DNA of 64,000 nucleotides from an uncultured Alphaproteobacteria bacterium. GTDB taxonomy: Bacteria; Pseudomonadota; Alphaproteobacteria; Rs-D84. The stretch is taken from assembly GCA_944389465.1 (NCBI GenBank), contig CALXML010000002.1, positions 22,633 through 86,632 on the forward strand, written 5' to 3'. Shown piece after piece: positions 10,100-17,611 of the stretch (the first letter of the stretch is position 1; every line of letters begins with the position of its first letter). A model generated the notes under the pieces. That model had not been told where the DNA came from and made no database searches. It was given only the letters and a program-made list of their open reading frames with translations. The translations under genes and the position numbers were made by a program.

Positions 10100-10403
10100 C
10101 GCGACACAGGTGAACAGCCAGCGGCATCGTCAGGTGCGAACAGCGAACAAAACCGGTGGGTTGACTACGCAGTGCCGTGCGACAGCACGAAACCTGTCGG
10201 TAAAACAGTTTAGGATGGGTGGCAGAGCGGTCGATTGCGACGGTCTTGCATACGAGTCAGCAAGGCAAGTGCAACGCAGCCGAGCGCGAACGAGTGGTGA
10301 GCAGCACCGTCAGGTGCGAACAGCGAACAAAACCGTAGGTTTGAAAGACCGTCGGTGAAAAAGTTTAGGATGGGTGGCAGAGCGGTCGATTGCGACGGTC
10401 TTG
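10100..10403 (+). repeat. tandem duplication (period ~155-175 nt) of a GC-rich leader plus the 5' half of tRNA-Ser
   Basis: The block CGTCAGGTGCGAACAGCGAACAAAACCG...GTCGGT.AAA.AGTTTAGGATGGGTGGCAGAGCGGTCGATTGCGACGGTCTTG occurs twice. Copy A carries an extra ~22-nt hairpin insert. Confidence 0.85.
10213..10248 (+). pseudogene. orphan 5' half of tRNA-Ser (acceptor 5' strand, D arm and anticodon stem up to anticodon position 35)
   Basis: 36/36 nt identical to 10368-10403. Identity stops inside the anticodon loop (CTTG|). No matching 3' half follows. Confidence 0.85.
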
Positions 10404-10457
10404 AAAACCGTTGTGGGGGCAACTCCACCGGGGGTTCGAATCCCTCCCCATCCGCCA
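10368..10457 (+). tRNA. tRNA-Ser (anticodon UGA)
   Basis: GGATGGGTGGCAGAGCGGTCGATTGCGACGGTCTTGAAAACCGTTGTGGGGGCAACTCCACCGGGGGTTCGAATCCCTCCCCATCCGCCA. Long variable arm, loop CTTGAAA, encoded CCA. Confidence 0.95.
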
Positions 10458-10466
10458 GGAATAATC

Positions 10467-10488
10467 ACGCCCCGATGGGGCGTTTTTT
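10467..10488 (+). terminator. intrinsic terminator after tRNA-Ser
   Basis: ACGCCCCGATGGGGCGT hairpin followed by TTTTTT. Confidence 0.8.
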
Positions 10489-10828
10489 ATAAATGCACAA
10501 TGTCGATGTCGGGGATTTGCGATGCAATATATTCCGCGGCCAGGCGACGGTGGCATTGTGTGGCACTTTTTTCGGTGCAAAGTAAGCAGATGCAGTCAAG
10601 CGTGGCTGGGGTAAGCGACGTGGTCGGATTGCGCGCGGTCAATAATTCGCGATACAGTTTTTCATAATCAGTCCAACTGATGGTGCAGTTTTTATATCCC
10701 GTCAATATTTCTGTGGTTGGCGCAAATTCGGGGTGATATTCGTACTGCGTCCCCAGCACGCCTGCCAAACTGTCCCCACCGTAAAATGGAACGTACGCGC
10801 TGGCGCGCCACAGGCGTATATCCCACAC
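10487..10828 (-). CDS. DUF488 family protein
   Basis: ...APTTEILTGYKNCTISWTDYEKLYRELL...ICLLCTEKSATQCHRRLAAEYI matches the DUF488 pattern (LAPS..L...yk.g.is..eY ... LlC.E....CHR). GTG start. Confidence 0.7.
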   Translation of the reverse strand: MWDIRLWRASAYVPFYGGDSLAGVLGTQYEYHPEFAPTTEILTGYKNCTISWTDYEKLYRELLTARNPTTSLTPATLDCICLLCTEKSATQCHRRLAAEYIASQIPDIDIVHL

Positions 10829-10945
10829 GATACAAAAATAGTCCGTTCAAAATCAAATAGCAATGATTTTCCTGTATCTGGAACTGTCGCGCCAATCCTA
10901 TACGACAATGTGCATATTGGCTGGCTGCGACGGCACTATTTAACC

Positions 10946-10987
10946 CCGCCAGAAAACAATCACGCCCCAGCGGGGCGTTTTTTTTTA
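10946..10987 (+). repeat. second copy of the tRNA-Ser 3' end plus terminator (att-like direct repeat)
   Basis: CCGCCAGAAAACAATCACGCCCCAGCGGGGCGTTTTTTTTT compared with CCGCCAGGAATAATCACGCCCCGATGGGGCGTTTTTT at 10452-10487. Together they bracket the DUF488 gene. Confidence 0.7.
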
Positions 10988-11054
10988 TTGATTTTATTCA
11001 GATGTGTTTAATCAGTTGATTTCAGCATTTCTTTATGTAAAACTGGGAAAGAAT

Positions 11055-11271
11055 CCAATGGGAATTGGGTTCGGGGCTGTCGTAAGCTCGGATTGTGCGG
11101 TTCAACTGCACCGTAATATTTGTATTTCGGACGGTTGTTTCGTTAAAAATATTCTCCCGACTGCATGTCGGGGAGCTGTGCGCTATACAATAGGGGCAAC
11201 CCAAAGGCGACAGAATCAATCACAATCTGATTTACGAACTCCCCGACCGTCAAATTCCTTTGGCGGTTTTT
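11055..11271 (+). promoter_or_regulatory. structured leader RNA with intrinsic terminator, copy 1 of 3 (unassigned family)
   Basis: Hairpin P0 CCAAT-GGGA-ATTGG. P1 GTCGGGGAG (11167-75) pairs with CTCCCCGAC (11239-47) and encloses P2 CTGT/ACAG, P2b GGG-GCAA-CCC and P3 AATCA/TGATT. Terminator ACCGTCA..TGGCGGT plus T run. The same plan occurs at 38729-38960 and 37251-37475(-). Confidence 0.75.
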
Positions 11272-11288
11272 AATTTGCTTAAAAAAAT

Positions 11289-14059
11289 ATGGGGTTTGGC
11301 ATGTCACAGAATACTTTGTCTTGGGAATGCAGAAAATTATTAAAATCAAAATTGTTTAACCAGAAATATTATCTGCAACATTATCCTGATGTTTTGGCGG
11401 ATAATATAAATCCAGCAGAACATTATTTAACCGTCGGTTGGACCAAGGGGTATAACCCATCACAAAAATTTAATACAAATGTATATTTGATGTTAAACCC
11501 AGATGTTAAGCAGGCGGGAATGAATCCTTTGCTGCATTATGAATTATTTGGCCGTCGCGAGAGGCGCGTTATAAATGATGCGCGTATGTCATTAATACTG
11601 GATTCAGGATTTTTTGATGTTGATTATTATATCGCACATCACCCAGATTTGGCCACAGGTTCTGGGTTTAATCCGGTGCTGCATTATTTGACAACGGGAT
11701 ACCAGCATGGCGATAACCCATCTGCAAAATTTGATAATGATGCATATTTAAGTATTTATCCAGATATATTCAGGGGCGGTATGAATCCGCTGTTACATTA
11801 TTTAATGCATGGTCAGGCCGAGGGTCGTTTTGCACCCCCAGTGACGGATATTTCACTGCCGGTGGTTGAATCAGGAACAATATTATTATTATCCCATGAA
11901 TTATCTTTAACGGGTGCACCAATTGCATTATTGAATACCGCACGTGCATTACAGCGACATAAAAAGAAATGCCTGATATTATCCCCCGTGGGTGGCAAAT
12001 TGGAACAAGAGTGCAAAAAATATGGCGTGCAATGTCTGGTTTATCCAAAATTGTTGATTCATTTAAGCCGGCAAGACGCACAAACACAACGTTTCTTTAA
12101 ACAATTTGATACAGTCTTGTTAAATACAATTGTAATGGCAAAATACGCCAGATTTATAAAACCATTGGTCCGGCGGGTTGTCCTGTGGGTGCACGAGGGC
12201 GCATTTGGATACGAAAACGAAACCAGAAACAGCAATTTAAAATCCGATTTTTCATATGTGGATACAATTTATTCAGTGGGGAATTATCTAAATCTTTTAC
12301 AGATAAATATTCAGGCAAATGTTCACAAATTCTGTTATATGGCATAGATGAGATAAAAATCCCCGCCGCACAGAAACGCAGCAATAAATTAGTTTTTGGT
12401 ATTTTTGGCACATGTGATACCAGAAAGGCCCAAGATAAATTTATCCAAGCAGTCAAAAAAATACCACAGAATATACGCGATAATTGCGAATTTAATATTG
12501 TTGGAAAATTACAAGACAATAAATACTGCAAAGTTTTAAAAAAGTTGGCGATTAATACACCTGTACACTTTCTGGGGGAATTAAGTCACCCAGAAACATT
12601 GCGTGAAATGGCACGCACAGATGTGATTTGCTGTACATCACTGGATGACCCAATGCCCATTGTTTGTACCGAGGCAATGATGCTGCACAAGCCTGTAATT
12701 TGTTCTGATAAAACCGGCACGGCCGCATTTATCCAAGATGGAAAAAACAGTTTTTTATACAAAACAGATACAGATAATTTGGCAGATATTATGATACGCG
12801 TATATAAACAACGTTCAGATTTGCATCGCATTGGTAACCGATGGAATGCAGTGTATCAAAAAAATTTCACCCCAAAAATTTTTGAACAAAATATTTTATC
12901 AGTGCTGTTCCGTGAAAAATGCACGATTGTAATGAATAATATGGAATCCAAGGATGTCCCATATTATCAGATGATGTCAGAAAAGTTTCAGACTCATATA
13001 GGTAATAATACTGGAAACATTTTAATTCCAACATATGGGGCACGCAATTTGGATTATGACTTTGAGTATTTGGCACCGTTTGACGTGAAAAATGACAGTG
13101 ATTCATATATTATATTTGCCGCCAATGTGTTAAGAAATAATGTGCAATTGAACTATGAAAAATGGTTTGAATTTCTGGGGCGTTGTAAAAAGCCGATAAA
13201 CATAATGGGATTGGGGGCACAAACAACACTGGAAGAAATGAATCCACGTAAATATGCGAACGGTTTATCATCTGAAATGGTGCGTTGGATACAAATGATT
13301 GCCGACAGATGTAATGTTGTTGGTGTGCGTGGCGAATTTACAGCAGATGTTTTAAAAAGTTTAGGTATAAAAAATGTAGATGCCGTTGGATGTCCAACTT
13401 ATTTTGTAAATGGATATGCGCAACCACAAATAATAAAGAAAAATTTGTCTGAACTGCGTAATGTTGTGTTTCACACTTGTTGGGAACCATACAGTGATTG
13501 GCACGTACAATGGAACAGGGCAGTGCTGGATAATATGTTACAATTTTCAAATCCTGCATTTGTGATACAGTCTGAATTTAAATTTTTGCCTTATTTGATT
13601 GCGAATACAGACCAATTGCAATCTTTGATGGCACTGCAAAATTCAGATATCAGTGCATCTGTTGACGCAATATGCCGGCATTTCGGACTGGATGAATATG
13701 ATGTTGTTACAAATGATAAAATCAGACATTTGTTTCATATATTTTCAGATATGAACAAATGGGCCGAATTTATCAAATCATATGATGTCGCATTTGGTTT
13801 CCGTATTCATGGAAATATTATAGCCTTAAAAAATGGTGTGCCCGCAATTGACATAGCCACAGATTCACGCGTTTATGAAATGTGCGAATTATTCAAAATA
13901 CCATATGTGCGGGTAAATCAGTTTGACAGTACAGAACTGAATTTTAATAAAATTTATGAACAGGCCGATTTTTCAGAAATGAATAAACAATATCCTGTGT
14001 TGTTACAGAACTTTATAAACTTTTTGGATAAAAATAATATCAAACATTTATATAACTGA
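11289..14059 (+). pseudogene. multidomain polysaccharide biosynthesis protein (N-terminal YPDV/NPLLHY repeats, GT4 glycosyltransferase, pyruvyl-transferase-like domain), frameshifted
   Basis: ORFs 11289-12347 and 12185-14059 continue one another (..DTIYSVG | ELSKSFTDKYSGK..) if one G is added to the GGGG run at 12278-12281. The C-terminal GCPTYF and FRIHGNIIALKNGVPAI resemble PS_pyruv_trans. Confidence 0.7.
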
Positions 14060-14067
14060 TAATTTAT

Positions 14068-14092
14068 GGGTGCGGGAATGTTGTCCGCACCC
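14068..14092. terminator. hairpin terminator between convergent genes
   Basis: GGGTGCGG-GAATGTTGT-CCGCACCC. The flanking T/A runs are weak. Confidence 0.55.
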
Positions 14093-14104
14093 ATTTGATA
14101 TACT

Positions 14105-15289
14105 TTATTTTTGCCGTTGACACAGGAAATAATTTAATGTTTCAAATTTTGCACGTGCATAATTTCGTAAACAGTCTTTATCGGTTTGTAAAAAGTAATT
14201 TATAAATTCAGGGTATGACACCACATCGCGCGCATCGCCGGTATATGTCATTGTTCTGAACGTGTTTGTATTTAATTGGTCAAATTCATTAAAATACAGC
14301 CGCACAGATTGCCCAAATAACACCAGTTCATTGCCACTGTGTTGGCCATTTATAATATATTCAGGCGACAAATACCGGATTTTTGGCCCAATAATTTTAC
14401 TAAAACTGGTCTTTTGGGATTTTCTGTCCATGGCATTATAAATACGTTTGGAAAATTCATTTATATCCATACATGGTTCAACACCATATTGCTGCGCATA
14501 AATTGATATATCTTTTGGACTGCATATATCCAGTACCGGTTTTGTGCGGTCAATTTTTTGCAGTGTTTGCGCATATGAATTATAAACTTTATGTACTGCT
14601 GATATTTTATCCGATAACAATACATAATATTGGAACGTATTAAATAAATCTATATAACACCACAATTTATTGTTTTGTCCAAACAGTATCATACTGTGGT
14701 ATGGCAAAAAGGGTGTATGTAATTCCAGTTGTATATCCACTGGGTTCAACGCACAGAAGGGCACAATTGGGTAATTGAATGAAATATTTTCTATTTTGTC
14801 ACTGGCCTTGGTTACATTTAATCCGTGTTTTAATATATTCAAATCAATACCATTATCCAGTGCATAATTAAATGCGATTTTATTCATACCATTTTGAAAC
14901 GCCGCATTTTCCAAATTAAAATCATAAGATACAATCTGCAGTGGCAACTTTGTTGCGTCACACCGTAAAGTGCGGCTTAAATCAGGACATGCGACAACGC
15001 GTCCGGCCTTGATATTTGCACTGTACAGGTTGCCATGATATAAAACCTTGCCGGTGCATGGTTGCATTGATTTTGTGTTATTGGTTTTTGAAAAATTATC
15101 AATTTGCGAAATAATTGGATTAAATATTTTGGTAAACGGCGCATCAATATATTTGCTGATATAATTATTACACTGCGGACAACATATATCCGTTGACTCA
15201 TATAACCCACCAATCGCGTTTTGTATAACGTGTTCACGGCTGCGGGCTGTAATTTCATTGCCACAATAAACGCAATTTTGTCTAATCAT
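14105..15289 (-). CDS. HNH_5-type endonuclease domain protein with large uncharacterised C-terminal region
   Basis: N-terminus CVYCGNEITARSREHVIQNAIGG...CCPQCNN is a CxxC..EH..GG..CxxCN HNH zinc-finger nuclease motif. The remaining ~330 aa match no family I know. The gene is visibly more AT-rich than its neighbours. Confidence 0.7.
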   Translation of the reverse strand: MIRQNCVYCGNEITARSREHVIQNAIGGLYESTDICCPQCNNYISKYIDAPFTKIFNPIISQIDNFSKTNNTKSMQPCTGKVLYHGNLYSANIKAGRVVACPDLSRTLRCDATKLPLQIVSYDFNLENAAFQNGMNKIAFNYALDNGIDLNILKHGLNVTKASDKIENISFNYPIVPFCALNPVDIQLELHTPFLPYHSMILFGQNNKLWCYIDLFNTFQYYVLLSDKISAVHKVYNSYAQTLQKIDRTKPVLDICSPKDISIYAQQYGVEPCMDINEFSKRIYNAMDRKSQKTSFSKIIGPKIRYLSPEYIINGQHSGNELVLFGQSVRLYFNEFDQLNTNTFRTMTYTGDARDVVSYPEFINYFLQTDKDCLRNYARAKFETLNYFLCQRQK

Positions 15290-15346
15290 AATGAATAATT
15301 TTATATCACAAAATTATGTTTTGTCAAATGTGGCGGTTTTTTTATA

Positions 15347-15694
15347 TTACTTCATTTTCTGTAAGGCTTTTGCGACAATCTGTTTATCTTTGCGTTTCAA
15401 GTGCCATTTTTCCAACGCAGTTTGATACAGTTCCTGCTTTTGCTGTTCAAATTCTTCTGGCATTAAATTGTTTTTAATAGAATTACAAATTTTGTGTGCC
15501 GGAAATAAATTAGCGGCCACATCGGGACCGCCGTGACATCGTGGAATATGATGGCCAATGACATTTGTTGGTTCCCCAAAATAGGTTGTCCACAAATACT
15601 GCATATTGGCTGAATGGTTAATTCTATTTTTAATTTTATTGACAGTTTTTCTTTCATAAAAAATCTTTTTCTTAATACACTTTAAACAGTACAT
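15347..15694 (-). CDS. small HNH endonuclease
   Basis: CLKC...GHHIPRCHGGPDVAANLFPAHKICNSIKNN is a classical HNH motif (HH..GG..N..CN..K). Start is uncertain: MYCLKC at 15694 preferred, ORF open to 15808. Confidence 0.65.
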   Translation of the reverse strand: MYCLKCIKKKIFYERKTVNKIKNRINHSANMQYLWTTYFGEPTNVIGHHIPRCHGGPDVAANLFPAHKICNSIKNNLMPEEFEQQKQELYQTALEKWHLKRKDKQIVAKALQKMK

Positions 15695-15853
15695 AAACAG
15701 CAAAAATAAATCAACGCATAATAAACGTAAAAACGGAATAAAAGAAAAAAAGTGCCTTGCATAAAATTTATGATTTTGATTCAATGAATATTTGCAGTTG
15801 ATATACATATGCGCATATATTTTTATTCAAAATTCATTGGTTGCGGGGGATAG

Positions 15854-17611
15854 ATGTTAAAACTTTTGCGACATTTAACAGGACGGGATTTATTTCTGGT
15901 TTTTATTTGCTTGGTTTTAATAGTTGTTCAGGTTTGGTTAAGTCTGAAATTGCCTGATTATATGGCTGAAATAACGCGACTGGTTCAAACACCGCACAGT
16001 GCAATGCGTGATATTTTAATTGCTGGCGGAATGATGATGTTATGTACATTTGCCATATTTGGGATAACTTTTATTACAGGGTATTTTGTTGCAAAAACGT
16101 CTGCTGGATTGGCAATGCGTCTGCGCCAGCGTGTATTTGATAAAACGATGTCTTTTTCAATGGGTAATATCAGTCGTTTTTCCACGTCCAGTTTGATAAC
16201 GCGTTCCACAAACGATATCACACAAATTCAAATGTTTTTTATGATGGCATTAAAAATAGGTGTTCGTGCACCGATTATGGCCATTTGGGCCGCATTAAAA
16301 ATGTACGGACGGGGTTGGGAATGGACGGCCGTAACCGGAATATTTGTTGTTGTGTTATTGATGATGATTGGGACAATTTATACATTGGCCATTCCAAAAT
16401 TTACAATTATTCAGAAATTAACAGATAATCTGAACAGGGTGACGCGTGAAAATTTGTCTGGGATTCGTGTTGTTCATGCATATAATGCCGAAGCATATCA
16501 GGAACGTAAATTTGGCCGTGCAAATGACAAATTAACACGTACCAGTTTATTTACACATCGTTTAATGTCTGTGGCGGAACCCGGAACACAATTTTTATTA
16601 ACGGGGTTAATATTGGCAATTTATATTGTTGGGGCATATATGATAAATGGCGCACCTGATGCAGCGCGATTGAATTTATTTTCAGATATGATTGTCTTTT
16701 CATCATATGCAACACAGGTTGTGGCGTCTTTTATGATATTAACAATGATATTATTGTTTATGACACGTGCAACAGTGTCGGCGCGCCGTATAAACGAAGT
16801 CTTGGATACGCAATCTGATATTATTGACGGAAACACTGTACGTGGTACGGCAAAGAAACACGGTCAGGTGGTTTTTCAGAATGTATGCTTTCGTTATCCC
16901 GATGCATCTGGTGAAATTTTGCATAACATCAGTTTTACTGCCAATGCCGGCGAAACGGTTGCAATTATCGGTGCAACGGGCAGTGGGAAAAGTACACTGG
17001 TGAATTTAATTCCACGTTTTTACGATGTTTCTTCTGGCGCGGTGTTGGTTGATGGCATTGATGTCAGACAGTATACCCAACGTGGCCTGCGGAATAAATT
17101 GGGATATGCCCCCCAGCGTGCGGTTATGTTTCGTGGTACGGTTACATCAAATGTTGCATATGGCGATAACGGCCGTCGTCGTGCAACCCGCGAAATGGTG
17201 CGCACAGCAGTCAGGGTGGCACAGGCAAAAAACTTTGTTGAAAAAATGGATGGCGGATACGATGCAATGATATCACAGGGTGGAACAAATCTGTCGGGTG
17301 GCCAAAAACAACGTCTGTCTGTTGCGCGTGCGGTTTGTCGCGCGCCTGAAATATATATATTTGATGACACTTTTTCTGCGCTGGATTATAAAACAGACAG
17401 GGCCTTACGTACCCAATTGCGCCGTCATACCGGTGGCGCAACAACAATAATCGTTGCCCAGCGTGTCGGAACTATTATGAATGCAGATAAAATATTGGTT
17501 CTGGACAAGGGGCGCATTGTGGGACAGGGCACACATACAGAATTGATGAAAAATTGTCCTATATACATTGAAATTGCAAAATCCCAATTGGGAAATGGGG
17601 GTGACAAATAA
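15854..17611 (+). CDS. ABC transporter permease/ATP-binding protein (heterodimeric exporter, subunit 1)
   Basis: Six-TM ABC_membrane domain, Walker A GATGSGKST, signature LSGGQKQR, Walker B IYIFDD. Confidence 0.92.
   Translation: MLKLLRHLTGRDLFLVFICLVLIVVQVWLSLKLPDYMAEITRLVQTPHSAMRDILIAGGMMMLCTFAIFGITFITGYFVAKTSAGLAMRLRQRVFDKTMSFSMGNISRFSTSSLITRSTNDITQIQMFFMMALKIGVRAPIMAIWAALKMYGRGWEWTAVTGIFVVVLLMMIGTIYTLAIPKFTIIQKLTDNLNRVTRENLSGIRVVHAYNAEAYQERKFGRANDKLTRTSLFTHRLMSVAEPGTQFLLTGLILAIYIVGAYMINGAPDAARLNLFSDMIVFSSYATQVVASFMILTMILLFMTRATVSARRINEVLDTQSDIIDGNTVRGTAKKHGQVVFQNVCFRYPDASGEILHNISFTANAGETVAIIGATGSGKSTLVNLIPRFYDVSSGAVLVDGIDVRQYTQRGLRNKLGYAPQRAVMFRGTVTSNVAYGDNGRRRATREMVRTAVRVAQAKNFVEKMDGGYDAMISQGGTNLSGGQKQRLSVARAVCRAPEIYIFDDTFSALDYKTDRALRTQLRRHTGGATTIIVAQRVGTIMNADKILVLDKGRIVGQGTHTELMKNCPIYIEIAKSQLGNGGDK

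Noticed and set aside
10110-10358. 82-aa ORF (MNSQRHRQVRTANKTGG...) across the tRNA-Ser leader
   Set aside because: It lies entirely in the duplicated GC-rich leader and runs through the orphan tRNA half. Its Arg-rich sequence and internal repeat simply mirror the DNA duplication. There is no SD.
10096-10367. The tRNA-Ser leader as an SRP (4.5S) RNA, a two-piece tmRNA or a group I intron
   Set aside because: TCAGGTGCGAACAGCGAAC superficially resembles the SRP domain IV GUCAGGUCCGGAAGGAAGCAGC. However, the GGAA tetraloop and AGCA symmetric-loop geometry cannot be formed, and the block is present twice. There is no tmRNA tag ORF or tRNA-Ala-like acceptor. The 155-nt interval is too short for a group I intron, lacks P7/P3-type cores, and contains a copy of the 5' exon.
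10702-10908. Possible frameshifted N-terminal extension of the DUF488 gene (68-aa overlapping ORF)
   Set aside because: DUF488 proteins of the short IYTSYFA type start right at the position equivalent to (M)WDIRLWRASAY. The overlapping ORF adds no recognisable homology.
11055-11271. Assigning the three-copy leader to c-di-GMP-I/II riboswitches, JUMPstart/ops or EAR
   Set aside because: The association with exopolysaccharide genes made c-di-GMP attractive. However, the GEMM-I core (ACGCACAGGGCAAACC..GGGACGCAAAGCC) and the GEMM-II core are absent. The GNRA loop of P2b is not conserved (GCAA, CTTG, ATTT). No ops GGCGGTAGC element is present. It is therefore left as an unassigned family.
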